This document shows positions 11,303 to 22,496 of a stretch of 64,000 nt of DNA, one piece after another. The DNA comes from an uncultured Lentisphaerales bacterium (GTDB lineage: Bacteria; Verrucomicrobiota; Lentisphaeria; JABSQK01; UBA12247), in the NCBI GenBank assembly GCA_943788985.1, contig CALSSJ010000036.1, positions 32,001 to 96,000 on the forward strand, in the 5' to 3' direction. Every line of letters starts with the position of its first letter. Position 1 is the first letter of the stretch. The position numbers were made by a program, and so were the translations under genes. The notes under the pieces are model-generated. The model was not told where the DNA came from, searched no databases, and saw only the letters and a list, made by a program, of their open reading frames with translations.

Positions 11303-12943
11303 ATGTCACAGCACCCGCTCGCTGGTAAACCCGCTCCCCAAGAATTACTGCCGAATATTCCCCGCCTGGTCTCGGCGTATTACACGCACGCACCCGATGT
11401 GACCGAGCCAGCGCAGCAGGTGTCGTTTGGTACCTCTGGACATCGCGGGACTTCGCTGAAAAATAGCTTCAACGAGGATCACATCCTCGCCGTGAGTCAG
11501 GCGATCTGCGAGTACCGCGCTGCCCAAGAGACAACCGGTCCGCTGTACATGGGCATGGATACGCATGCCCTCTCAGAGCCCGCGCAGGCCACCGCTCTGG
11601 AAGTGTTTGCGGCGAATGGCGTGCAGGTTGTGATCCAGGCCAACGGCGGCTATACGCCCACTCCAGTAATCTCGCATGCGATACTCGCGTACAACGCGGG
11701 TCGCACGACCGGCCGCGCTGACGGCGTGGTGATCACGCCCTCGCACAACCCGCCAGGCGACGGCGGCTTTAAGTACAATCCCTGTTCCGGCGGCCCAGCC
11801 GGAGGCGATGCCACCGGCTGGATTCAAGATCGCGCCAATAAGATTCTCAGTGATGGCAAGAAGGCAGTCAAGCAAATTTCGTATGAGCGGGCACTGAGGG
11901 CCCCGACCACCCGGCTGCACGATTTCATCACTCCCTATGTGTCCGACTTGGGCAACGTCGTCGACATGGCTGCCATTTCCCAAGCTGGCTTGCGGATCGG
12001 CGTCGACCCGATGGGCGGGGCTGGGATCCACTATTGGGAGCCGATTGCTGAGATGTACAAGCTGGATTTGAAGGTGGTGAATCCGTACGTCGATCCTACC
12101 TTTGGCTTCATGACCGTGGACAAAGACGGCAAGATTCGGATGGACTGCTCTTCGCCGGCGGCCATGGCCTCACTGATTGGTCTCAAGGACCAGTTCGACG
12201 TTGCCTTTGGCAACGACCCCGATTACGACCGCCACGGCATTGTGGCACCCTCGACGGGGCTGCTAAATCCAAACCATTACCTGGCGGTGGCCGTGTCGTA
12301 TCTGTTCCAGAATCGCTCCGGCTGGCGTGCCGATGCAGCCATTGGCAAGACCCTGGTGTCGAGTTCCATGATTGACCGCGTGGCTGCGGACTTGGGACGC
12401 ACCTTGTCAGAAGTGCCGGTCGGGTTCAAATGGTTCGTCGACGGTCTGGCCGGTGGCTCGTACGGATTTGGCGGCGAGGAAAGCGCTGGGGCAAGCTTCC
12501 TGCGCAAGGACGGGACGGTCTGGACCACCGACAAAGATGGCATCATTCTCGCTCTGCTGGCCGCAGAGATTACGGCGACGACCGAGAAAGACCCGGGTGA
12601 GCACTATCGTACGCTGGAGACAAAATTTGGCAGCCCCGTATACGAGCGCATGGATGCCCCGGCCACGCTGGAGCAGAAAGAGGTGTTGCAAGACCTCTCG
12701 CCCGAGATGGTCACGGCTACGGAGTTGGCTGGGGAGCCGATCACGGCCAAGCTTACACACGCGCCCGGCAATGGCGCTGCCATCGGTGGCCTGAAAGTCA
12801 CGACCGAGAACGGCTGGTTTGCCGCGCGCCCGTCCGGGACCGAGGCAATCTACAAGATCTACGCGGAGAGCTTCCGCGGGGCCGAGCATCTGACGCAGAT
12901 CCAAGACGAAGCGCAGACGATCGTGTCGGCAGCGTTCGGCTGA
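11303..12943 (+). CDS. pgm: Phosphoglucomutase (alpha-D-glucose-1,6-bisphosphate dependent)
   Basis: [14 protein letters not shown] phosphoserine loop, DPDYDRHG metal loop, GEESAG, RPSGTE. Confidence 0.95.
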   Translation: MSQHPLAGKPAPQELLPNIPRLVSAYYTHAPDVTEPAQQVSFGTSGHRGTSLKNSFNEDHILAVSQAICEYRAAQETTGPLYMGMDTHALSEPAQATALEVFAANGVQVVIQANGGYTPTPVISHAILAYNAGRTTGRADGVVITPSHNPPGDGGFKYNPCSGGPAGGDATGWIQDRANKILSDGKKAVKQISYERALRAPTTRLHDFITPYVSDLGNVVDMAAISQAGLRIGVDPMGGAGIHYWEPIAEMYKLDLKVVNPYVDPTFGFMTVDKDGKIRMDCSSPAAMASLIGLKDQFDVAFGNDPDYDRHGIVAPSTGLLNPNHYLAVAVSYLFQNRSGWRADAAIGKTLVSSSMIDRVAADLGRTLSEVPVGFKWFVDGLAGGSYGFGGEESAGASFLRKDGTVWTTDKDGIILALLAAEITATTEKDPGEHYRTLETKFGSPVYERMDAPATLEQKEVLQDLSPEMVTATELAGEPITAKLTHAPGNGAAIGGLKVTTENGWFAARPSGTEAIYKIYAESFRGAEHLTQIQDEAQTIVSAAFG

Positions 12944-13161
12944 GCAGAGCCCCACGAGCAGCATCGGCAGAAATGCGAAAGCTGCGTTATCTGAGACGGT
13001 AGGAAAGGTAATAGTAGCGACAAGCGTCAAGTGGATACGGTTAAACTCTCCGCTGCTTCTCTGGACGTCTCAGGTAATGGGTAGGACGGAAAGCTAATGG
13101 CGACGATGGATCGCCTCGCAGGCGCTTGTCTCTCTTTAGGCTAAAAACAAAGGAAGACGAG

Positions 13162-15252
13162 ATGTACGATGCAAGGATCATGTTTCTATCAATTGGACTG
13201 GTGTTGAGTATGGCCTCTTCTCTGGCAGGCGCCGAAGCCACCTTGCCCCCACTCAAAGATGGCATCGCCCCAAAGACAGTTGAAGAAGCCTGGACCGGGT
13301 TTGACCCGCGTAAAGAGCCCCTGGATGTGGAGGTGCTCAAAGAGTGGGAAGAGGATGGCGTGGTTGTGAAGGTCATCCGGCTTCGCGTCGGGGTTTTCAA
13401 AGGTAAAAAGGCGATGCTCGCGGCCGTCTACGGCTATCCGAAGGGCGCAGAGAACCTGCCCGGTCTGGTCCAGATTCACGGTGGCGGACAGTCGGCGCAG
13501 AGCTCCTTTGTCGTGAAGGATGCCAAGAACGGCTATGCCACCATATCCATCGCTTGGGCCGGTCGGATCATCTCCACCAACTACACGGTCACGAACAAGG
13601 AAAAGGAAATGTTCTGGACCGGCAATACGGAAAGCCCGGACTACCGGGTGACGACGGACTGGGGGGCAGTTGACGCCTATCACCATCACTGCCGGTTCAA
13701 GGGCAACAACTTTGTCCAGAATCCGCCTGGGGAAAGCACCGTGGATCCGGTGAAGTCGCCGCGCAACAGCGGCTGGTTTCTGGCGACGATGGGGGCCAGG
13801 CGTGCCATAACCTTTCTGGAACGGCAAGCGCAGGTGGACCCAGAGCGGATCGGGGTCTACGGGATGTCGATGGGAGGGAAACTGACCGTACTGACGGCAG
13901 GGGCAGACTCTCGGATCAAGGCAGCCGCCCCAGCCTGTGGCGGCCTCAGTGATCGTTCCACGGATGGCAGGACGCTGGCAGCGGTGGCGGATGATAAATA
14001 CCTCGAGCGCATCACCTGTCCGACCATCATCATGAGCCCCAGTAATGACTTTCACAGCCATATCGAGGACATTCCCGCGTCCGTTGAGGCGCTGAAGACC
14101 AAGCACTGGCGCGTGGTGAGTTCGCCCAACAAGAACCACGGGGACCGCAGTGAATACTCGGTGGGGACGCGGCTTTGGTTCGACCAGGTCCTGAAAGGCA
14201 GCTTTGCCATGGCTGAAACGCCGACAATCAAGCTCACGCTGAACACCCCAGACAACACGCCCCACGCCTCCGTGACCTCCGACCCATCCCAAATCATCCA
14301 GTCGCTGAACGTGTACTACACACAGGACGCGGGCCAGCCGCCTGCGGACAGGTATTGGCGGTTGGCAAAGTCGATCAAGAAAGCAGGAACGCGGACATTT
14401 CAACTTCCACTGGTAAGCGTCGACAAGCCGCTGTGGGCCTATGTCGATGTCCAGTATGCCTTGGGCCGGACGGTGGAAGCCGTCGGCTACAGTGGCGAAA
14501 AGGTTACCACCGACACCTATCACCTGACCTCGCTCGTAGAGATGGTCCCCCAGGAAAGCCTCACCGCGGCCGGCGCCGTGGCCACCATTGATGAATCCAC
14601 GTTGCAGGAAGATTTTGATGGCTACCAACCGGGCAGTGACCTGCATACGGCATTCCCGGCATTCACCTTCAGCGACGGGATTTCGTGCGTAGCTGATCCG
14701 GGCTTCCGTCCAGGGATGTCCCTCAAGCTAAGGGACTCGCCAGATTTTGAACACGCCTGGCTTCCCCTGCTGACCGTGAACACCGCCATTGCGCCGTTTA
14801 TCGGCACCGACAAATGGACGTGCAGTGCTGACATCATGCTGGATGCCAAAGAACCGGCCCCGCTGACGGTTGAGTTTCGCGCCAAGAATCACAAGAAGAA
14901 GTTCACCCCGATTGTCGTCGATAGTGCAGGGGCAATATCAGCGCGTGGCAAAAAGACAACCCAGCTGTGCACGGTTGAGCCCGGCGCCTGGTGGACCTTC
15001 TCGGTCACTTATGACCTAAATCAGTCAGAGCACTTCCAGGTGACCATCCAGGATGCAAAAGGCAGTATGCTCGCAGAGAAGACCATTGCGACGCAGGGCG
15101 AGGTCGGAGCCGTGAACTGGGTAGGATTTATCGCCCATGCCAAGGCTGCAGGCAGTCTCTACATCGACAACGTAATCCTGCAGGAAGTGGCTGCGACGGC
15201 AGCGCCTGCTCCCGCTCCCGAAGCAGCAAAACAGCGAGCGGCCCGACCATGA
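13162..15252 (+). CDS. Secreted alpha/beta hydrolase (acetyl-xylan-esterase/dienelactone hydrolase-like) with C-terminal beta-sandwich domain
   Basis: RBS AAGGAAG, signal peptide, IHGGG, nucleophile elbow GMSMGG, NDFH. Confidence 0.75.
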   Translation: MYDARIMFLSIGLVLSMASSLAGAEATLPPLKDGIAPKTVEEAWTGFDPRKEPLDVEVLKEWEEDGVVVKVIRLRVGVFKGKKAMLAAVYGYPKGAENLPGLVQIHGGGQSAQSSFVVKDAKNGYATISIAWAGRIISTNYTVTNKEKEMFWTGNTESPDYRVTTDWGAVDAYHHHCRFKGNNFVQNPPGESTVDPVKSPRNSGWFLATMGARRAITFLERQAQVDPERIGVYGMSMGGKLTVLTAGADSRIKAAAPACGGLSDRSTDGRTLAAVADDKYLERITCPTIIMSPSNDFHSHIEDIPASVEALKTKHWRVVSSPNKNHGDRSEYSVGTRLWFDQVLKGSFAMAETPTIKLTLNTPDNTPHASVTSDPSQIIQSLNVYYTQDAGQPPADRYWRLAKSIKKAGTRTFQLPLVSVDKPLWAYVDVQYALGRTVEAVGYSGEKVTTDTYHLTSLVEMVPQESLTAAGAVATIDESTLQEDFDGYQPGSDLHTAFPAFTFSDGISCVADPGFRPGMSLKLRDSPDFEHAWLPLLTVNTAIAPFIGTDKWTCSADIMLDAKEPAPLTVEFRAKNHKKKFTPIVVDSAGAISARGKKTTQLCTVEPGAWWTFSVTYDLNQSEHFQVTIQDAKGSMLAEKTIATQGEVGAVNWVGFIAHAKAAGSLYIDNVILQEVAATAAPAPAPEAAKQRAARP

Positions 15253-18200
15253 ACCGACCGTTGTGGAAGCCACTGATCTGGGCCATGGTAAGCTTGCTGA
15301 GCTGGGCTGCCACGGCATCCGCCAGCGCCCCGCGCCCCGAGAAGCCCAATGTGGTCCTGCTCCTGACAGATGATCTGGGCTGGCAGGATGTGACCTGCTA
15401 TGACATCGACGAGCCATCACCGATGGAGACGCCGAACATCGATGCGCTGGCCAAGAAAGGCGTCATGTTCTGGCAGGCCTACTCCCCAGCCCCCGTCTGC
15501 GCGCCAAGTCGTGCCGCGATCCTGACCGGTCAGCATCCGGCGCGCATTGGCATGACGTCTGTCTCTGGTGGCGTGGCACCGCCGCATTTTCGGAGGCCAA
15601 CGACCGGGCAGACGTCTCCCTGGAACAGCGGTCGCATGCCCCTGGCGGCAACCACGCTGGCCGAAGCAATGAGGGCCGAGGGCTACGCGACCGGGCACAG
15701 CGGAAAGTGGCATCTCGCCCCCGAACCAGAGCAGCACGGATTCGACACCAGTTGTCAGAATCGCGGCGTCCAGGGCGGAATGCCCAATCGACTTACCGGC
15801 TTTGCGACACGCGCCGCCAATGACCCGTTCCGACTCGATGAAAATGGTTTTCCCTTCGACATCCCGCAGGATGCAGCCCTGAAATTTCTGGAAGCGAAGA
15901 AGGACCAGCCGTTTTTCCTCTACTACGCGACCTGGCTGGTGCATGGCCCGATCTCGATGAAGAGCGAGCAACTGCTACAGAAGTACGTCAAGAAGTTGGG
16001 CGTAGAGTTGAAGCCGGAACACCGCGACACCTGGCGACAGGGCGGTCAATCCAACCCGTTCTACTGCGCGATGGTCGAGCAACTCGACTACTACATGGGC
16101 CAGGTCTTCGGCTACCTTGAAGCCACCGATGATCCCCGCTGGCCCGGCCACAAACTGATCGAAAACACTTATATCATTTTCACGTCCGACAACGGCGGCA
16201 TGGAGAATCTGCCCGAGCATCGCTTCACGGAGAATGCACCGCTTGCGAACGGCAAGATCTCCAGCAAGGAGGGTGGCATCCGCGTGCCGTTGGTGATCAC
16301 CGGTCCCGGCATCCCGGCTGGGGTACAGACCGATGTCATGGTCAACGGCCTCGATTTCTATCCCACCATTCTGTCGCTGATCGGCGCTGACAAGCCGCAA
16401 AGCGCGATCTTCGATGGCTGTGATCTGGCAACGCTGCTGACCGGCGACGCCACCGACCCAACGCTCATCCGCGAAGCAGACGGCTCCGTACGCGACACCA
16501 TGATCTGGCACTTCCCACAGATGGAGAACAGCACCGCCATCCGCGTCGGTGATTATAAGTTGCGTCGAAGCAGCGGCGCGGGTCCACGACCGTTGGAGCT
16601 GTATCGCCTGTATCGCACAGAGGGCGGCAAGCAGGTTCGAGCGGACATAGAAGAGGCCCATAACCTCGCTGCCGAGATGCCAGAGAAAGCAAACGAACTG
16701 GAAGCCCTGCGGGCTAAGCTGGTCGCAGAGGTGAACGGCCGCTACGGCTACTACAACCCGGACTGGCCGGGCGAATTGGCCGAAAAGGAGACCGCGCCCA
16801 GAATCCTCTCGCACCAGCAGAGCGGTCGAAACCTTACCGTAGTCTACGAGAATCGCGGGGCCAAGGTGGTCTACGCAGACCTGTTCTACACCCGGGTCGA
16901 TGGCGGTGGCCGAGAGGAGTGGCTGCGCGCCGACATGGCTCTTAAAGGCAACAACCAGGCGATCGTTTCCTTGCCTGAAGAAGCGAGTCACTACTTCGTG
17001 AATCTCGTCGACGAGAACAGCTTTCTCGTCGTCTACCCGAAGATCGACGCCCCAACGCTGCAGCAGCAAGAAAAGCCGTTCAGTGCAGCTGCGCTCACTG
17101 TGGAATCTCTGGAACCGCCTCCCACGGTACAGCGTACGCTGTTGGACGTATTCCCCGCATCCACAGTCACAGTCCCGCCTGACCGACAGGGAACCACCAA
17201 GCTTTCCTCCACCTATACCAAGACCGGCAGTAGCTGGGGCAAGTATCTGGATGAGGAAGTCGTCTTCCACCAGGAAATCAAGCACAACCAGGATACGGAA
17301 AATTCCTACACGGTGCGGATTGGAAAGGGCGGGCAGCTCTATTCACTCCGTGGGGCCTTTGGCGAAAGCATCCCCCCACAGTCAATCGGCAATCCGTGGA
17401 ATGATGAAATCTGGCAATTCGTGGCTGTCAACCACACCTATATGGATATCCAGACCGAGGACCAGAACCTGAGTCAGGAAACACTCGACAAGATCGAGAG
17501 CTCGCCCTATAAGCGGACCTACTTCATTCACAACTCCGGGGCCTACATCCCAGCCGTCGTGGATTCAGGGCGCATCACCCTGTCCTGTGACATCTTGATC
17601 CACAAGGACAAACCAGGAGCTATGGACTTGATCCTGCGCGACAGCAATAGACTCGGCATCAACTTTGGTGCCCTCCATGCCGACCGAAAGGGGATCACCT
17701 TCAATGGCCGCAAGATCTGTGCCGTCACGCCGGGTACCTGGTATTCGATTGAGCTTGCTTTCATGCTGAACCGAGAGACCCAGGAACGCGCAGACGTAAC
17801 CGTTCGGGCAGAGGGCATGACGCCCGCGACCGCCACCGTCCCCTTTACGGCTGCGGGGTTCGCACCGTTTAACTTCATTGGTATCACCAGCCCCGGCACA
17901 GACGGCATTGTCAACATCGACAACGTGCAGGTGAAACGCGTCACGGACACCTTCACCGAGTACCCGGTGAAACTTGATTACGAGCCCTACACCATTCTGG
18001 ACATCAATGGCCCTCCAAAGAGCGCGTTTGTGACCGACAAAGTCGCTGCCACGGGTAAGCGCAGCCTTGAGCTTCGCGACGCTCCGAGTCTGGAGCATGG
18101 CTGGCAGCCCATGTCCAAGATCAGCTTCAGCACCACTATTCCGTCTCCATTCTACTGTCCTTTGCTCGCCGCTGACCGACCGGCCGATGGCCGCACCTAT

Positions 18201-19253
18201 CGCACCGTGAATTGGGGCATCATTCCGCAGCTCAAAACCACGCATCGTTCGCCGTTGCTCTACTACGTGCAGACCAAAGACATTGGCGATGGTATCATCG
18301 AGATCACCTATGTCGTCCACAACTTCAGCGCCCGGGACGACGTCACCTTTTCCTGGCTCAATGCCCCGTGGGGCGGTACCCGCAGAACACGCCTTCCGTT
18401 CCACTATCTCAGCACGCCGGATGGCAAGGCCAATGACCGAGCCTGGATTGAAAAGACAATGGCAGAACGCGGGGCGTCCATTCCGGTGCGGGATACCGGT
18501 GGCTGGAATCTGAGCTGCGCGACGGAAGCCCCAGACAGCCCGAGCCTGGCCTTGGTCTTTGGACGTGACAAGCACCTGGCTGAGGAACTGCAGAAGCAGC
18601 GCGACGGCAAGCCACATCTGCAACTGGAAGGATCTATCTACCGCTACATGGCCACGCAGTGGCCCGATGATTGGGCCGAGCGCCCGGAGAGTTCCTTCCG
18701 GAACTATGATGTCGCCGTGGTCATTCCCAAGTTCAACCTGGCCCCGGGCACCAGCATCTGGTATCGCAGTTATCTTGTCGTCAACCGCCGGGACCGCGCT
18801 ATCGAGCAAGCCAATTCCCTCGTTGACGAAGTCGACTATGGCTATCGGACGTTCACCGCGGCTGACACGCCTACGGTACCCGTCGCTATCACCGGGACAA
18901 ACCGCACCTTCGAGCTGTTCAGCAAGCCTGTGGCAGGCACCATGCCCTTGTTTCTGATCGCAGACACCGATACGGGCCAGGAAGTGATCACGACGGATCC
19001 ATACATCTTCGTCGAGCAAGAGCCCCTGAATTTTGGGCTCCCCGAGTCGCATCCGCAATACGACTACTATGGCCGGCACGGCACGGGCTACACCCTGAAC
19101 GAAGGCGGATCGAACTGGAAGTCCTTGTTGGGCTATGCCTATCGTGACAAGCCAGCCACGGGCGACTGGGCGAGACTCTCCAGCCTCCTGCCCGCGGCGC
19201 AGTTCCCCGCGGCTACCGTCCATCACCTCGACCTGTGGGTCCCCGCCCGCTAA
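15249..19253 (+). CDS. Secreted S1 (formylglycine-dependent) sulfatase fused to a large uncharacterised C-terminal region
   Basis: PNVVLLLTDDLGW, CAPSRAAILTG, GKWHL, FTSDNGG, EGGIRVP; ATGA overlap with upstream gene. Confidence 0.88.
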   Translation: MNRPLWKPLIWAMVSLLSWAATASASAPRPEKPNVVLLLTDDLGWQDVTCYDIDEPSPMETPNIDALAKKGVMFWQAYSPAPVCAPSRAAILTGQHPARIGMTSVSGGVAPPHFRRPTTGQTSPWNSGRMPLAATTLAEAMRAEGYATGHSGKWHLAPEPEQHGFDTSCQNRGVQGGMPNRLTGFATRAANDPFRLDENGFPFDIPQDAALKFLEAKKDQPFFLYYATWLVHGPISMKSEQLLQKYVKKLGVELKPEHRDTWRQGGQSNPFYCAMVEQLDYYMGQVFGYLEATDDPRWPGHKLIENTYIIFTSDNGGMENLPEHRFTENAPLANGKISSKEGGIRVPLVITGPGIPAGVQTDVMVNGLDFYPTILSLIGADKPQSAIFDGCDLATLLTGDATDPTLIREADGSVRDTMIWHFPQMENSTAIRVGDYKLRRSSGAGPRPLELYRLYRTEGGKQVRADIEEAHNLAAEMPEKANELEALRAKLVAEVNGRYGYYNPDWPGELAEKETAPRILSHQQSGRNLTVVYENRGAKVVYADLFYTRVDGGGREEWLRADMALKGNNQAIVSLPEEASHYFVNLVDENSFLVVYPKIDAPTLQQQEKPFSAAALTVESLEPPPTVQRTLLDVFPASTVTVPPDRQGTTKLSSTYTKTGSSWGKYLDEEVVFHQEIKHNQDTENSYTVRIGKGGQLYSLRGAFGESIPPQSIGNPWNDEIWQFVAVNHTYMDIQTEDQNLSQETLDKIESSPYKRTYFIHNSGAYIPAVVDSGRITLSCDILIHKDKPGAMDLILRDSNRLGINFGALHADRKGITFNGRKICAVTPGTWYSIELAFMLNRETQERADVTVRAEGMTPATATVPFTAAGFAPFNFIGITSPGTDGIVNIDNVQVKRVTDTFTEYPVKLDYEPYTILDINGPPKSAFVTDKVAATGKRSLELRDAPSLEHGWQPMSKISFSTTIPSPFYCPLLAADRPADGRTYRTVNWGIIPQLKTTHRSPLLYYVQTKDIGDGIIEITYVVHNFSARDDVTFSWLNAPWGGTRRTRLPFHYLSTPDGKANDRAWIEKTMAERGASIPVRDTGGWNLSCATEAPDSPSLALVFGRDKHLAEELQKQRDGKPHLQLEGSIYRYMATQWPDDWAERPESSFRNYDVAVVIPKFNLAPGTSIWYRSYLVVNRRDRAIEQANSLVDEVDYGYRTFTAADTPTVPVAITGTNRTFELFSKPVAGTMPLFLIADTDTGQEVITTDPYIFVEQEPLNFGLPESHPQYDYYGRHGTGYTLNEGGSNWKSLLGYAYRDKPATGDWARLSSLLPAAQFPAATVHHLDLWVPAR

Positions 19254-19363
19254 GAGCCGGCCTCCAGTATCTCCGAGGGATATGGCAAGGAGCTCGGAAA
19301 ACGCCGCTCTCTGCCACTGGGCATCAGCCCAGACCTCGCGAGAAGTGGTGCCGCCAAATGGAG

Positions 19364-20047
19364 CCAGTGGTCAAGTGAATTTCGGGGCACATTTTGGCAG
19401 CCCAATTCGAGGAAATTTTTATCAGACGCTCCCGACACAATCACAGTAGCGCCTCCAGGGCGTTGAGCCAACAGCCAATGCCGAAGACTAGAAGATCATG
19501 GTGCTACTGGATAGCATGCATGTGCATGAAACCTTAGGCTGGGCAGTGTCCGCCACTATGGAAACCACCTTGTGCCTGGATGCATTGACAATGGCCCTAG
19601 CCACCGGAAGGTGCCCACAGATCATGAACAGCGACCAAGGCGGTCAGTACACCAGCGCCGCCTGGATCAAGCGCGTTAAAGACGCCGGCATTCTTGTCTG
19701 CATGGATGGAAAGGGACGTTGGATCGACAATGTCCGCATCAAGAGGCACTGGCGCAGCGTCAAATATGAAGACGTTTACCTCAAGGCCTACGCAACACCG
19801 CGTGAATTGGGCAAAGGCCCTGCAGACTGGTTTGAGCGCTACAACACCACCCGCCCGCATTCCACACCAGACTATCGGACACCGAGGCAATCTCACGCTG
19901 AGGAAGCGGCATGACCACTTTGTGCTGGCCGCGGCCTTCGGCCGCCATGGGCCGTCACCCCAAACCCCAAGGTTTTCAAGGCATGCCGGCAACTCTCCAA
20001 TGCTGTCAGCTTGGGAGAAAAGTGGGGGAGTCTAGCGACTCCCCCAC
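19364..20047 (+). mobile_element. IS3-family relic with internally deleted orfB integrase core (CDS remnant 19498-19914); boundaries approximate
   Basis: NSDQGGQYTS, MDGKGRWIDN, WRSVKYEDVY, YNTTRPHS; the usual third catalytic Glu position reads K (NVRIKR). Confidence 0.75.
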
Positions 20048-20059
20048 GGTGCCGACATT

Positions 20060-20616
20060 GCGCCATTACCGCTCCGGCTATCCCAACGAATGCATGACCG
20101 GCTTCGAGTGGCAGGTCGCCGCCCATATGATCTGCGAAGGCATCGGCGAAGAAGGCTTGGCGATTGGCAAGGCAATCCATGATCGCTACTCGCAATCCTT
20201 ACACCGAGATTGAATGCAGTGATCACTACTCCCGGGCAATAGCCAGCTATGGTGCCTTCCTGACCGCCTGCGGCTATCGCTACGATGGCGCTGAAGGCAA
20301 GCTGGGCTTTGGTCCACGCCTCAGCCCAGAGGACTTCCGGGTCGCATTCACCACAGCAGAAAGCTGGGGTCGCTTCACACAGAAGGTAGCTGGGGGTACG
20401 CACACAGCCGCACTCGAAATTGGCTACGGCAGACTGCAGTTGAAGGAGCTTTCGCTGGACAAGGTGGCCGGAACTGCCGCCACCAACGCCACCATCGAAG
20501 TAGACGGACAGGCTGTCTCTGACTCCTGGGAGGTGAAAGCAGATCGCTACGTGCTAACGTTCAATTCGCACCTGCCAATCAGCGCTGGTCAACGTCTGGA
20601 GCTATCCCTGTCATGA
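20060..20616 (+). pseudogene. C-terminal remnant of a GH116-like glycoside hydrolase
   Basis: NECMTGFEWQVAAHMI, AIHDRY, RNPYTEIECSDHYSRA..SYG, F..AESWG; split across two frames, 5' end missing. Confidence 0.65.
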
Positions 20617-20694
20617 AAGAGCAGTGTTCGCACAGCCCCGCCGACTTTCAGCATCAATCTCAGTACGTAATCAAACCCAAAAAGAAAATCTCCC

Positions 20695-21939
20695 ATGAAA
20701 CCTCAATCGATGTTTACGGCCCTTGCTGTCACGCTTTTGGCGCTACTAGCGCAGGTCAGCTTCGCTGCGGACGGTACATATGCAGATGACAGCGCATTCA
20801 TGGCCACACACACTGAAATCGTCACCTTGACGAAAGGCGATGCCGCAATTGCTGTGGCCCCAGCCTACCAGGGGCGTGTCATGACCAGCACCTACGACCA
20901 GAAAAGCGGACCGAGCTTTGGCTGGATCAACCGCCCGGTCATCGAGAAAGGTCTGATGTCTGCCGAAGAGCGCAAGGGCAAACTGGAGCAGCACATCTAC
21001 ATCTTTGGCGGCGAAGAGCGCTTTTGGCTCGGCCCCGAAGGCGGCCAGTACGCCATCTTCTTCAAACCGGGTGACAAGTTTGAATTCTCCGATTGGCGAA
21101 CACCTGCAGCTATCGACACCGACGCCTACAAGATGGTTAGCAAGACCGAAGATTCCGCCTCCTTCAAACACGCCTGCGAACTGCAAAATCACAGCGGGGC
21201 CAAGTTCAACGTCGGCATTGAGCGCAAAGTGACCGTTCTCGCCAAAGATGATGCCGCCAAGATACTCGGTGTCGAGTTACCCGACGGTCTGCGAATGGTT
21301 GGCTACGAAACAGACAATCGCATCACCAACATGGGAAAGAACGCTTGGAAGCCGGAAACCGGCTTGCTTTCGATCTGGATCCTCGGCATGTACAACCCCT
21401 CCCCCGCCACCAATGTCTGCATTCCATTCAAACAAGGCCCCGAGAAGGAACTCGGCCCGCAGGTTAATGACACCTACTTTGGCAAAGTCCCAGCCGACTA
21501 CCTGAAGGTCCAGAAGCAGAAACTATTCTTCCGTGGCGACGGCACCCGACGCGGCAAAATCGGCATCGCACCACAGCGCTCTAAAGGTATCGCCGGCAGC
21601 TATGATGCGGACGGAAAAGTACTCAATATCGTGACCTACAACGTACAGGAAGCACCGAACGGGTTCGTCAACTCAATGTGGGAAATCCAGAAAGAGCCGT
21701 ATGCCGGAGATGTGATCAACTCCTACAACGATGGCTCTCCTGAGCCTGGCAAGCCACCACTGGGCCCATTCTACGAACTCGAAACCTCCTCGCCTGCCGC
21801 CGCTCTCAAGCCCGGCCAGACCCTGACGCATGTCCAGCGGACCTTTCACATCCATGGCTCTGAAGAAGACTTGGATCCGCTTGCCCGCAAGCTGCTTGGT
21901 GCTAAACTCGCCGTCATTAGGGACGCATTCAGCGAGTAA
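20695..21939 (+). CDS. Secreted conserved hypothetical protein (DUF6786-like)
   Basis: Signal peptide; YQGRVMTST, GGEERFWLGPEGGQ, LSIWILGM, NSYNDG, FYELETSSPA. Confidence 0.7.
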   Translation: MKPQSMFTALAVTLLALLAQVSFAADGTYADDSAFMATHTEIVTLTKGDAAIAVAPAYQGRVMTSTYDQKSGPSFGWINRPVIEKGLMSAEERKGKLEQHIYIFGGEERFWLGPEGGQYAIFFKPGDKFEFSDWRTPAAIDTDAYKMVSKTEDSASFKHACELQNHSGAKFNVGIERKVTVLAKDDAAKILGVELPDGLRMVGYETDNRITNMGKNAWKPETGLLSIWILGMYNPSPATNVCIPFKQGPEKELGPQVNDTYFGKVPADYLKVQKQKLFFRGDGTRRGKIGIAPQRSKGIAGSYDADGKVLNIVTYNVQEAPNGFVNSMWEIQKEPYAGDVINSYNDGSPEPGKPPLGPFYELETSSPAAALKPGQTLTHVQRTFHIHGSEEDLDPLARKLLGAKLAVIRDAFSE

Positions 21940-21954
21940 ACAGGAAACTCCCGA

Positions 21955-22496
21955 GCGGCGCGATTCACTGAGGAAGAAATCACTATCACGATTCTGGTAG
22001 CCTTGCTGCTGCTGCCGTCATTGAGCAAAGCCCGTGGCAAAGCAAGGCTGACCGCCTGCACCAATCAGCTCCGGCAGATAGGGTTGGCAATCGCCCTGTA
22101 CAACGGCGATCACGAGGAGTATTACCCGACAACCTCCTGCCAAGATGACTCGTGGGACTATCTGCTGCACCAGTACGATGGTCGCGAATCCAGAGGAGTG
22201 GGGGCCGTCGACCAGCCAGAGTGGAGTCTTGCGGTTGTGGGGCTGCAGGACTCACGAATAAACTCAGCAGCTCCGCTGTCGTAAATCTGAGAACCTTTAC
22301 ATCCTTGAATTACACAGGAAATCCAGGAAACAATGCCCGTTTTCCGCACGCGCCGCTTATGATAAACGCGCTATTAGGCAATGGCCATTTCGCCTTTGCA
22401 TCTCGCGAAGAGCTCTTGCTGGATAGCCGTGGAAACAGGATCAGATGGGGACTGGGTACCGCGTTCGACACGGTCAAAGCTAGGAACCCGAACTGA
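21955..22496 (+). pseudogene. Degraded prepilin-like (DUF1559/H-X9-DG type) gene
   Basis: [29 protein letters not shown]; damaged N-terminal helix; H..INALLGNGH motif in another frame. Confidence 0.6.

Noticed and set aside
21401..21412. CCCCCGCCACCA identical to the tRNA-fMet 3' end (62142-62153), a possible att site
   Set aside because: Only 12 bp, inside an intact CDS, no integrase in the window, and the interval contains core genes
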